Positions 45,882 through 62,758 of a stretch of 64,000 nucleotides of DNA are shown piece by piece. Each line of letters opens with the position of its first letter. Position 1 is the stretch's first letter. Under the pieces are notes generated by a model that made no database searches, was not told the DNA's origin, and was given only the letters and a program-made list of their open reading frames with translations. Position numbers and translations under genes: made by a program. This stretch comes from Selaginella moellendorffii (Eukaryota > Plantae > Lycopodiophyta), in the NCBI RefSeq assembly GCF_000143415.4, contig NW_003314272.1, positions 1,026,184-1,090,183 on the forward strand, given 5' to 3'.

Positions 45882-47334
45882 ATGGAGGCGAATGGAGGAG
45901 CGGTGGCGCGCGATGGCTCCGAGCTCATAGTTTTAGGATCTGGATCTTCCACGGGAGTTCCAAGCCCGGTGTGCTTGCTGCGGCCCAGCGATCCGCCGTG
46001 CGCCGTGTGCCACAAGGCCATAGCCTTGCCTCCACAGATCAACAAAAACTATAGGTGTGTTCGTTGTTCTTCTAGTTTTTTCTTTTTTTTTGGCTAGAAA
46101 CATTCACTTGGTCGATCAGATGCAATCCTTCCTTGCTCATCAAATTCCTGCATGGTGATGGGGAGCTGCGATTCATCCAGATTGACGCTGGCAAGCATTT
46201 CAAGGAGCAAGTTCTTCGCTGGTATTTGCCGAACAAAGTTCCCAGGCTCGATGCTGTGAGTTCTCGCGTTCTTTTCTGATTTGCTCCTTCTCCAGTTTTT
46301 ATTTCTCGTTTGCTAGATCCTTTTGACACATGAGCATGCTGATGCAATGCTAGGCCTTGACGAGATACGGGGCGTGCAACCGTATAATTCCTTGAACCGG
46401 ATCAAGCCATTGTCTTGTTTCTTGTCTCAGGAAACCATGAACAGGTAACGTAAGTTTCGTCGCGAATAGTCTAACATCCTTGGCGCAGTGTAGCTGAGAA
46501 GTTCCCATACCTTGTCCAGAAAGGTGTCAAGGAGGGGCAGGAGATCCGGCGAGTGACGCAGCTGAACTACAAGATCGTCCAAACGTCCTGCGACGCGCCG
46601 TTTGATGTGGAGGGCCTCGAGTTCACTCCGCTACCAGTTAAGTTCTCTCGCGCTGCCAGTGTTCTAGCCTATGTTTCTCTCTTCTAACAGGTAATGCATG
46701 GAGAAGACTATCCCTGCCTTGGATTCCTCTTTGGACGGAAGTCCAGAGTGGCATACATCTCAGATGTATCGAGGATTCTACCCGAGACCGAGCAGCGTAA
46801 GCTAGATGATAATATTCTAGTGCTCTTTCCACTCAGATAATTTGTCTATGCTGTAGTGATCTCGCAAGAAAGTGGAGGACAAGTTGATTTGCTTTTCCTC
46901 GACACTTTGTACAAGGTATAGTTTTGATCTTTTCCTTGCCGGATCGTTTTTTAATACTTCGATCGGTACCGCAGAAGGACAAGCACAACACACACTTTTG
47001 CTTTCCTCAGGTAACTTCACAGTAGCGGTAGCAGTTTTTCTCACACAAGCTTTGGATTTGTACGCTTGCTAAGAACTCATGCATGCTCGCAGAGCCTGGA
47101 GGCAGTGAAGCGAATCCGCCCCAAGCGCGCCTTGTTTGTAGGCATGACTCACGAATTCGACCATGAGCTCGACAACGAGTTCCTCGCAAACTGGTCCAAG
47201 ATGTAAGCGCGTTTTCTTCTTTGGCATTCGTTTTCTTTGCGTGATACAAGCAACCGTTTGGGGTGATGGATTTCAGCGAGGGAATAGACGTCCGCCTGGC
47301 CTACGACGGCTTGCGAATTCCAATCGATCTCTAG
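45882..47334 (+). CDS. Metallo-beta-lactamase-fold hydrolase (PhnP-like), multi-exon
   Basis: LGSGSSTGVP, NYRCNPSLLI, IDAGK.F.EQ, THEHADA..GLD, HG.DY, AYISDVSR, GMTH, AYDGLRI; in-frame upstream ATGs at 45819 and 45828 are alternatives. Confidence 0.92.
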
Positions 47335-47812
47335 AAGAAAGAAAACGCCAGCGCCATCGCTCGCAGGTTACGAATTTTTCAACCAGATTCATTCGATCGT
47401 TCGCTCGCTCGTCTCCCTTTAAATTCATTCCATTCTTCCCATTCATTGTTGGAAGCATTTGCGCCAGCCAGTGAATGTGAAGCAAGATACAAGCTTGATC
47501 TGGGCCGTCCGTTCCGGCGGCCATCCGACGGCTGGTGTCAGTGGATATGCCCGCGAGGATATTCGAATCGGCATATACCTAGACACAGGCAACAGAAAAT
47601 TTGGTCACTATATAACCGTGTGGGACTTCCATCTCCAATGGTGGTACGGTCGTGTACCTCATTTCCAAGTAGCCGCGGTTTGATCGCGAGGGTTCTTGTC
47701 AAGCGCGCCTTCTATCCATCGATCGATCGATCGGCTTAGCTAGGGTGTGGCCGGTGCCGCGCGCGCAGCTCAACGATCGATTGATCGCGTCACGGGCGAT
47801 ATTTCGAGCAAA

Positions 47813-49456
47813 ATGGGAGCCGGCGATGACTATCGCCACGCTAGCGACGAGGAGGAGGCGCTCATTGTCTCCAAGACGAGGGTAAGTAGCGCGATAGATG
47901 CGATCGGGCATGCGGCATTCTAATGTGGGTGTGGATTTTGATTTACTAGGAGGAGCTGCGAGCTAATGATTCCAGGAGATTCTGGATCGTGGTGTCGTTG
48001 CTGCTGCTCGTCTCGGTTCTAGGTCTGGGCTTGCTTTACTCCAGGGCTGGAGGAGGGATCATCACCAGGCAAGAGGAGTTCCCCTTAAATTTCTTGGTGA
48101 TCGGCGATTGGGGAAGAAATGGGTTCTACAACCAGTCTCTTGTTGCTAGTCAGGTACCGTTTTTTTTCTCCCTCTTTTGTTATTCCTTGGTTCTTCTTCC
48201 TCTTGTTCTTCTTTTCAGTTTCTAGCTTTGCAAGAGATTTGTTCTTGCAGTGTACTGATTTGTTTCTTGTGGTTTCTCAGATGGGCCGAGTTGGCGAGCT
48301 CCTCGATATCGATTTTGTTATCTCGGTCGGTGACAACTTCTATAACACCGGACTAACCGGTGTTAAGGATCCAAAGTTCACGACCTCATTCAGCAGGATT
48401 TATACTGCTCCCAGCCTACAAAAGCCGTGGTACACAAGTAAGACTTTTCCATCTCTTCTAGAACTTAGAACAAATTTTTTATGTTTCGTCTTTCCTCGGC
48501 AGTTCTTGGCAACCATGATTATATGGGAGACGCTCTGGCGCAGCTTGACCCGGCCATGACACAGCGTGATTCGCGTTGGTATTGCAGGCGAGAGTTTGAG
48601 CTGCGAAGATCACTGTGTGGAAGTCTCAACACAGGTAATCGTCAAACTTTGCTTTTCTTTGTTAAGAACACCTGACAAAAAGCTTTAAACACCTTTTGGT
48701 CGCTTGTGGCAGGAGCCTGTGAGTCCTCCGTGGACTTGTTCTTCATTGACACGACCCCCTTCATTGACGAGTATTGGATGCCAAATGCAACTCAAACATT
48801 CGATTGGCGAGGATTGGCACCACGCCAAGAACAGCTCCGCTCACAAGTCGAGGCAAGCGACGCAGCTTTCACGTAGCATAGGAACTCGTCCAGTAGCTTC
48901 TCCTCTCGATTTCTTTTCTAACTGTCTTCCGGGTTGCTTCTTCCAGCGGCTCGACAGATTGCTGGCGTCGTCTCGAGCAACCTGGAAGATCGTTGTTGGC
49001 CACCACACGATGCACAGCTTTGGACACCACGGCGACTCCGTAGAACTCCTCGACCAGATTCTACCCGTATTGGAGGTAAACAAAGTCTCCATTTCCTTGA
49101 CTCTTGCTTACTCGGGACTTCCTTCTCCAGGCTCACGACGTTGACGCATACATAAATGGCCACGACCATTGTCTCGAGCACATAAAACACTCGGACAGGT
49201 ACGCATATGACCTTTCCATTCCCGCGGATCATTCATGTTCGGTATGGCTTGTCTTTGCAGCAAGATCACCTTCATCACCAGTGGCGCGGGCTCCAAATCC
49301 TGGCAAGGAATCCGCCCCGCCACAGTTGCGAACGGCCTGCACTTCGCCTACGATGGCCAAGGCTTCGTCTCGGCTTCCGTGGGGCGCAGCTCGTTTCTCC
49401 TAGAGTTCTACGACGCATTCGGGAACGTGTTGCATACCACGCATCTTAGAAAGTAG
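47813..49456 (+). CDS. Small purple acid phosphatase (PAP3/7/8/17, TRAP-like) with N-terminal TM segment
   Basis: GDWG, GDNFY, GNHDY, VGHH, GHDH, TSGAGS. Confidence 0.94.
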
Positions 49457-49727
49457 AAGATCGTGTCTCTGTATGAACAAGGTGGTAAACTCGCGAGTCT
49501 TGTATACAAGGTGGGAGATGGAAGAAAACTCTTTTGTTCTTGATGAAAGCTTGGAACTCATCCCTGGCTTTTCCAGATCTTTCCGCGAGCTTGGTTTTCT
49601 GGCCTAGTTTATCCACACGAAAAGAGATAGTGAGAAAGCTCAAGCGCGAGTTTTTCCACACGAAAAGAAAGTGCTTGGCCGGCGAGAAGCTCAAGGGCGA
49701 GTTTCCACAGTTCGGCTGGCGAGAAGC

Positions 49728-51290
49728 TCAAGGAAGAGGAACTACGAGTGGAGCTGGAGGAACAGGGTGCTCCGGATGCTGCCACTCCCAATCGCCAGTC
49801 TCGGCGGACAGCGTGAAGAACTTTGGGCTCCACTTGATCCCCAAGGCCTGCCTCTCCTTGCGGAGCGCTCGCTGCGATTCCTCCACGCAAAGCTTGGCCG
49901 CCCGGGCCTTGTCCACTTCTCTCGTCAAGATCCCCTCGGACACACCGCTCCACACGAGCGTCGACTCCATGGGTGATATTGCCTGTGGCCAACTTTGCGT
50001 TAGAGCAAGCTATGGCTAGAGGAAGAAGAAGAGGAAGAGTTTCTTACGTTGAGGTTCTTCACTTGTGGAGGCCGGAGCTTCCCGACCACCGCCCTCGCAT
50101 CGTACAGTGTGCTCGTCGTGCCACTGGAGCTCTCCTTGAGATAAACAAACCTGGAATTCACGAGAGGACGGATAGCGTGAGAAAGAATCGAGGAAAGAAA
50201 AGAAGAATGGAATTCGCGAGAGGAAGAACAGCTTGAGTAAGAACAAAGAAGAGAAGAATGCGAGTGATTTTCTACTCACTGGTCCCAATTGCCATGGATT
50301 TCGTAGAGCGTGTTCCCGGTGTTGGTGTCCCAGACCTTGCCACCGATCCTCCTGCTCGAGCCGTGTAATCCAAAGAATCCCTTGTTCTTGTACACGATCG
50401 TGGCCTTGAGCCCCGTCTCGGCGCAGCTCACCGTGGTAGAGCCGCTCCAATCCGTGCCGGGCACGGGCAAGAACCGGAACCCCAGCTTGGGCGAGGTCAT
50501 CTCGTAGGATTCGCCGTGCCGCTCGAGCTTGAGGAGCCTGCGGCCGTGGATCGTGATATCGACGCCGCTGCCTGGAAGATCGAGCAAGAAAATGCATAAA
50601 AAATCCGGGATCCAAATCGCGCAAAGAGAGATCACGATCGCACCATAGAACCTGGGAGACGCGTGGTGCCAGAATCGGAGCTGGAATCCCTTTTTCTCGT
50701 TCGTGGCATAGAGCGCGCTCACGGGCGGATGGTGAGAGACCTAAAAAAATGGACGAAGCATATTAGAGGATATTCGCGCTTCTTCTTCTCACCTGTTCTA
50801 GGAGGACATTGAGATCGCCCACCGAGGCGTGGTGTGTCTCGCCCAGGATGGGGTTGTATGGCGCCTTGCCAAAGTGGGGCTGGCGAGTGGCGGAGATGTG
50901 CCATCGCAGGGCGTGGAGGAAGCGATCCATGGGCGTGGCGGCGTCGGCGCATTGGGAGAGGATGTCCTGGGTGAAGCAGTAGACCATCTCGCCGTAGAGC
51001 TGGAGCTGCGACTTGGGGAAATTGAGGTGGACGGGCACCTGGAAGCGCGAGAGGTCGGCGCCCATGCCCTTGAACAGATCCAGGTAGCGCCCGATCCCGC
51101 CAATCCTCGACGTCGCCGACTTGGCATCGTCCCCGCCGGGCGACGAATCCGACGCCTCCAGCTGCAGTGGCGGCGTGAGAACCGGCATTCTCGGGCGTGG
51201 GCGATCTTCGGCGGCAGGGGCTGGATCGTGATCGGTGGCTTGCTGGAAGAATCCCAGGAGGCCCATGCTACTGCACAGCTCCAGCGACAT
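49728..51290 (-). CDS. Oxysterol-binding protein-related protein (ORP4-like), multi-exon
   Basis: GADLSRFQVP..N.PKSQLQ.YGE; APYNPILGETHH; EQ|VSHHPPVSA; G.WD. Confidence 0.94.
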
Positions 51291-51940
51291 TCGTGCGCGG
51301 GATGGGATAACGTTTCCGCGCACGAGCTATAGAGCTTGCAGAGGAAGAAAGATCGATTTCAAACGATCAATCGCGGGCGAGAGAGAGGAAGAGAAGCGAT
51401 ACCGGGATAGCTGGAATTCTGTGGGAATTTATCCTCAGGGCGACCCAGAGGTCCAAGAGACCTGATATAAAAACAGGGAGAGAGAGAAAGAGAGAGAGAC
51501 AAACAAAGGAAGGCGACAATAGGGCCAATTTGCGGTCACAAGCAAAGAAGAGAACCCTCGATCGCGATCAATTTGATCACGGTGTTCCTGGCGATGCCAA
51601 TCAAGTGGCTATCCAAGTTACCACGTTACTGCCAGCGTGGCTGTCCAGCGCGGAATTCCGGCGCTACGTGGCGCGAGCTGCGCCCGTCACAAGTGGCACT
51701 TTTAGGGCTCTTTTGGCGCTTTCTTCTTCCTCTTTCTGCGCTTTCTTCTTTTACATGGAGCTCGCATGAACAGATCCCTCTGCTTGATCGTATTGGGTTT
51801 TTTGGTGGGCATGTGAGCGCTGCGATTGCGAGAATTTTTTCCTCTGATCGATCGATCTGGGCGATTGCGATCGGATGTTTATTCTAGAGAGTCACGAAGA
51901 ACAGGGGCTGTACAGTGTTTTTCTAGAGGCGTAGCGCTAG

Positions 51941-54900
51941 CTATCGCACTTTGACTATAACGTCAGGCACCTCGACATCGTTCCCGTCGGCGTCGGTACA
52001 AGAGACTGAGAAGACGAGCTTGGTTTCCGTGGGTGGCACGGCCACCTTGCCAACGCTTGTCACCAGATCCAAGAGCGTCACTGGAAACCTGTCCTGGAGC
52101 TTCTTCCGCGGCAGAAACTCCGCATAGAGCAGGCTTTTGCCGTAAGAAACCATTGTGATCTGGAAACGCACGAAAGAGAAGACAAACGTGAGACGAGAGC
52201 GGGCGGCAGGGAACAGTGGTGGCTTACTTCGAGGCCCTGCTGTTGCTTGAAGTTGAGCAGGAAGCTTTCCAGGGGCATCCCCACGCAATCCATCTCGAAC
52301 TTGTCCCACAGTGTCCAGTTGAGTAGGCCACCTTGCGATCGTGCAACCTGGAAACGTAAGCAAAGGCGTGAGCACGCAAGTTGGCTAGCTAGGAAATGCG
52401 TAGCGTACCGTATGCTCGAATGCTTTCATAGGTTGAGCGAAGCAAAAGAGTGGAACTGCCAAGTTGAAGTAGGAGTGCCTATAGTCACTCAGCGGCTTTT
52501 GCAGCAAGAGCTTGTAGAGCTCGAGACAGATCAAACCACCCACAACTGATGTGGACGTGATTATTGCAGGGATAATGCCGCCCCCTATCAATCTCGCCTG
52601 CAAAAAAAAGTATACTTTTCTGATGAACAAGGAAGAAAAATGTACGAAAGCCAACCTGTAACTTGGTACTTAACGGGATACCGTAGTTGTGTGCTCTTAG
52701 ATTTGCAGCAGCTGCGATGAAATCGGCATGGAAGTTGTGTTCGTCATCTTTCTCAAACTCTAACGGTGTGAGGCGATAGCCCTGTAGAGAAAACAAGTGA
52801 GTGTCAGACGCAAAAGAGAAGTTTTGATTACCACAAGACTAGGAGGCGTTGGGAGCTCTTGAAGGATGGCTTCGCAAGCAGCGGTAGCATCACTGTCATC
52901 TTGACCCCTGCGTTGAGGATTCCGAACCTCACTGTCACTAACAGCAATTTTGATTCCTTCCTAATAGTTTCAAGTGTAAATGTGAATACACAAGAAAGAG
53001 CAGGAGATTAAGCGAGGTTTACCTTGGGCTGGAAGTGCGGAACAGCAACTCTTTGTACGATATCCACAAAGAGCGAATGATCACGGCAACCCTTCAGGCC
53101 ATATACTGTGGCCTGTAGATTCGCGGCCGCGATAATAAAATCCATGTGCAGGGGTTCCGAAGGATGGAAAGCCAAGGGCGTTGGGATTCGCTTCGTGCCG
53201 CTCCAAAAAGGAGTGCCCGCTGAAGTTGTCATTCCAGCCGGAAAGTTATACAGCAGCTGCATGCAAAGTCTCCAAGTTAAAAGGAAAGAAAAATAAAGAA
53301 GTTTACAGACAATACCTGCTTGATATTGTTGGTGAAAAGCTCTTCAAACTGAAGACGAGCCCATTGCACACAAGCATCAAAGCTGCAAACAAACATGTCA
53401 ATTCATGGCGCACGAGGAACTCGGAAAGCGAGTACCTCAATGGTCTTTGTAGCACGAGAGCGTCCCTCAGAGTTTCGAGGATGGGCAGCCTCGTCGATGC
53501 AGGTGATTTCCGCATAGAGTCCTGAAAATCTCTCTTTGAAAGGTAAGAGTTCACATCCACCGGCCGCTGTTTGAACAGCGCTTCAAAAGTTTCCACGGCC
53601 CACTTAAGCGTATGCTCAGGTGCATACGGGAAGTTTTTCAAGGTACAGATTGGGAACTCTCTGTGCTCTGGTGGATCTCGAGTGGACGCATACATCTCCG
53701 ACTGGAAAGGCACAAAGACCTGCGCATAACAGTGTCTGTAAAATAACAATAGGCCTTAAGCTGTTTGTTCGACTGTATTACCTGAACGCTACCTTTGGCT
53801 CCATGCTTTCCCCCGTCAATCAGAGGCCTTCTATAGTTTACGCAACGCATGTCAATGTACAGCCTCGACGTAGAATTGTCCACAGCAGATATCACTCCTG
53901 CATGACACCGACTTTTCACGTCAGTAGAAACGATAAACCAAAGTATATAACTAGCTCACCAGTCATCGACTCAAAGAACGAAGTGTCAAAAAGGCTCTCT
54001 GATGAAGCATCAAACTTTTCTTGTAGTGCGTGAATCTGAGCAGCAGGATTTATCCTTCGTAAAGCTCTTGCTGCTGTCGGAGTTTTGGGTCTGTCTAAGT
54101 CGTCTATATGGTACAAAGCTTGGTCTACTAGATTTGCCTTGGACACAGAATCCATGTCCGTCATAACAATGCGCCCACTAGTTCCACAACCCACACCCAT
54201 CAAAACAAGATTTTTCAAAACCTCGGAGCCTATTCCTCCAGCTCCCACAACCAGCCACTGAAACAGAAAAAACAAAAAACACAAGGACAAAGCATGTCAG
54301 CCAAATGCAAAGGACAAAACAGTCTATACAGCAAACCTGCGAAGAGCTAAGCTTTTGCTGAAACTCTCGGCCAAAGAGCGCCGCCTGGGAATCATACCGT
54401 GATCCCAGCGGGGTGCGTTCTTCCAAAGACGAAGACTTAAGCGGCAAACACTCCGTTGCATCAAAGTAAAACCACTGATGCACTGGCATAAAAACCTTGG
54501 ACAAAGCCTGCAAAAAGGAACCGAAATCAGCAACCAACTTTGTCGGAAACTGGAACCAAACCTTGATGGCTTCCTGTGCAGCTATGCCTCCAGTGATGGC
54601 CACGATGGGACAAATCTCCACAGAACCTCCCTGTGCTACCAGCTTCACTAGTTCCTCGTCCAGCCCGGAGGTCCCATCTCTTCTTCCTGCACCTGAATCC
54701 GATGAGCAAGCTTCCTCGTTCGCGCTACTAGAGCTGTCGGCATCTCTCTTTCCCGTGGCCGAGGAGGAAGTCACACCAGACTTGGAACGATCCAAGTCGG
54801 GAGTTTTGCACGACAAATCTCCATTCTCTTGCAGCGAGCCGCCGGGGGAAGCCCGAAGCCACATTTCTCTAGCCAGCTTCACCACCTCCTCGGCATCAGC

Positions 54901-55887
54901 ATCCTCGAGAGTTGAGCCAGCTCCCGTAGAAGACAACCCGTGCTGCCTCTCGTACTCGTCCGCGGCTTGGAACGCAATGTGGAGGCATGGTGTCCGGCCT
55001 GCCTTTGCCGGATCGCTGATGCAAAACTCCGGCGAGTTGATGGACTTGTCCATGGGAAGAAAGCTCATCTTCTTCACAGGCCTCTTCTTGTGGAAGTATC
55101 CCCCGGACACATACCTGTTGAATCCCCGAGTATCCTCCGGGATGGTGAAAGAGCAAGAGCCTGTGACCGTGACTGGATACGAAACCCTGTGGTTGAGCTC
55201 CTCCATCCCAGAGATCCCACTAAAAACCACCTCGTCCCCGTCTTCCAGGCCGTGCCTTTGCTCCTCCACCACTGTGACAGTCGCTGGAGAGTCCTGCGTA
55301 ATGCCCTCGACCAGCACGGGCGAAACAGGCTCGCCGGTCTCGTCCAGCACGGAGAAACACTCTCCCAGGTCCACGAAGACGAAGGAGAAGACCCCCCGAG
55401 AGATGGCGGCGACGAGCATCACCCCGGCCTCTCGGCACATCCGGTTGACGTGAGCGATGTAGGGGAGAGTCCCCATGGTGACGACAAGGAGCTGGAAGTC
55501 CTTGAGCGAGCTCTCCAGCGCGGCCTCGGAGATGGCTATGGCGTCCACGCAGGGGCTGAGCTCTCGCAGAGTCCTGGCCGTGGCCACTGCCCTGTTCGAC
55601 CCGACATCGCCCTCTTTGAGCAGCATCTGGCATCCCAAATCCTCCACGCACACCGTGCCTTCGTCCACCAATCCCACGCTGGCGACGCCCGAGAGCGCCA
55701 GGTTCTTGGCGACCTCGGCGCCCATGCCGCGGCAGCCCAGCACCAAAACTCTGCTGCTCGACAGCCACTCCACGGCCTTCCTGCCAATGCTGTGCATCAA
55801 TCGCGAGTAGAGTACCTCGTCCATGGTGTCCGACACCGTCGACGCCGGGCGGCCGACCCCGACGCGATCCAATTCCATGGTCACCAT
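51941..55887 (-). CDS. Ubiquitin-activating enzyme E1-like (divergent UBA1-type), multi-exon
   Basis: [42 protein letters not shown], catalytic [30 protein letters not shown]-terminal UFD. Confidence 0.92.
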
Positions 55888-56237
55888 CGCCGTGCTCTCC
55901 TCCAAACCCTAAATCCTCCTCTGCCCTAAATCAGTTACCTTTAAGAGCTTTTAACCATAAACCTCTAGTTTTAAGTCTTGGTAATTAAAATATCCGTTAT
56001 ATTAATATTATTGTTATTATTAAATATCCTAGTTTTTAGTTTCTAGCTATATTATTATTTATTTTTATTTTTATTTTTATAATAAGAATTTTTTTTTTTT
56101 TGCCTTTTTATGTGTTTAACCTCATTTTAATTTTCCGAAGTTTCTGCGTTTTTAGTGTTTAAATTTTTGTGAACCTCTTCTAAATTTAAGCCTCTTATTT
56201 GCGTGTTAAAATCTTTCCTGCTTTCTCTCTTCGAAGA

Positions 56238-56938
56238 ATGCTGCTCCGGCGATGGCGCTTGCTCGTCGCTGTGGCAACTCTCGCGATTGGAATGGTGATA
56301 TGGACCTCGACACTGTCTCCAAAGAGGCCACTCGTCATGCTCAAGGTGAGATAGCTCCGCCTTGTTTGATCGATCGATTGATCCCAGCTTTGGTCGTATC
56401 ATAGAGCATCAAGATCAACTACTGGAATGTTTCCATGGGCCACGACTCGCGAGGGCTGCCAACCAGCCTCCTCACCTCCAAATCCACAGTGGTGCTCAAG
56501 ATCACAAATGGCGACGATTTCTGGGGCTACAGCATCAAAGGCCTCATGACAATGAACATCTTTCTCCGCAAGATCTCCTCCACAACCGTAAGAATCTCTC
56601 CAAAAGTCCCGCAAACTTTTTGATTCTCTCTCTCTCTCTCGCTCCAGATCGGTCAATTCTACGAGCCGCGCAAGACCACCACCGAGGTGACCGTGGAGCT
56701 GCGATCGAGCTCCACCCCACTCTATGGAGCGTCGCCCAGCGTCGCTTACGGCGATGGCGATGAATTCTACATCTTCTTCGAGGCGGCATTGCAAACCGAG
56801 GCTGGATTCTTGCCCTTCATGTACAAGTACACATTCACGGACACTGTCACTTGTACGCTCACTGGCACAAGCGCTGGCCCTAATCGCAACCTCGCCATCG
56901 TCGCCACTGGCCATTCGTGCCCACGCCTGGACGAATAG
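56238..56938 (+). CDS. LEA_2 / NDR1-HIN1-like protein (At1g45688-like), 193 aa; exons 56238-56345, 56405-56587, 56648-56938
   Basis: TM helix; G.D..G.PT.LL....TV.L...N...F.G; FY..RK....V.V......PLYG; exons join in frame. Confidence 0.8.
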
Positions 56939-57065
56939 AAGAGAGTTTTACCTTCTAGCAAGAGCTTGTCTGTCCTGCCAAATATTATAGGGCTTTGTGG
57001 CAGCGCGAATCGATCGCGATCGATAGGTTTGCTTGATTGATGCGAGCATTGGATCGGGAGCGAGC

Positions 57066-61462
<4,397 letters not shown>

Positions 61463-61544
61463 GGTTGATCAATTATGAGAATAAGATGCACTGTTACTAG
61501 GGGTACATATTTTGCACTTGGGGTTTTCTGTTCTTCAGCTCGAA

Positions 61545-62758
61545 ATGCCGCTCAAGTACGTTTCTGTGATAGGTGAGGAAATGCCCATATCTTCTCTTTT
61601 CCAACTAAGGCCTTTCACAGGCACTGGCGCCTCCCTAGAATGCCAAGAAATTGCTCGGCAGTTTAGACTACAGCACGTTTGCTCGAAGGATCTCATCGAT
61701 TCTGCGGGGTCTGTTCTAGAATCATCGTTTACAATTTCAACATTTGTAGCTCTTGTGCCTTTCCAGGACAACTGCAGCTGAATCAAAAGTCGATTTTCTT
61801 GCAAATGCGATGAACAAGAGCAGGTCAAAAAACTTTGTGATTGAGGACTTCCCCGCTACTCTCCAAGATTACCTCGTGTTTGAGCAAAAGGTTCGCAAAG
61901 CATGTTTTTATCATCTTTTTCGTTTCTCACTTCTTTGCTAACAGACTGGATTGATTCCCGAATTCGTGCTCTGCTTGGTAAGTTCTCTAGTAGTACGTGC
62001 TTTAGTAATCAGCTTTTACAGGAGGTTCCAGGGCAGCAAAATGGTTGTGAACCAACGCTTCTGCAGCATTACGAGAGTAACGGACTGCTCAGAAAAGTAT
62101 TCATTTTCTTTGGCTTTTTCATAGATCTTACTATGTTTGTTCTAGATCAATCCCTCAAATTTCCATGCGGAGTTAAAAAAGGTTATGTTCGCTACATTTC
62201 TTCAGGTTCGTTTACTCTGTCATATTCTAACAAAGGTGCTGACCTTTCGTATTCGTGTGTAGAATGAGCTCCTTGAGCTCTCCGAGGAGCTATTGCGAGC
62301 CATTGACGGCGGGGACTATGGAACGTACGAGAAACTTTGTGACACTGAATTGACAGCATTCGAACCAGAAGCACAAGGCATGGTTTTTGTTAAATCTTTC
62401 TTCTTGCTCGCGGACTAAGTAGATCCAAACAGGGCAATTGGTGGAGGGACTCCCATTCCACAAGTTCTACTTCGACATGAGACAATCAGGGAACTCTTTG
62501 CAAAGAGTCTCCACGATTGCGGCTCCCAAAGTTCTGCTCCTGTCGGGCGACGCTGCTCTCGTGACGTACACGAGGCTCATGCAAGCCATTGGCACACCAC
62601 TGGCTGGGTATGTGGATGCATACAACGAGACTCGCCTGTGGAAGCTGAGCAAAACCAAGGCAGATGAATGGGCATGGAAGCATATACATTTCCACCGCTC
62701 AAGGTGTCCTACAAATGCAGAGTTTTACAAGGTTAGCATGCAGCAAACACTGCTTTAG
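61545..62758 (+). CDS. Degenerate UMP/CMP (adenylate) kinase-like domain fused to a CaMKII association (hub) domain, ~8 exons
   Basis: Hub: LL.[40 protein letters not shown]. N-terminus: C..IA..F...H...DL, F.IEDFP, G..PEFVL, Y...G..RKI. Confidence 0.85.
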
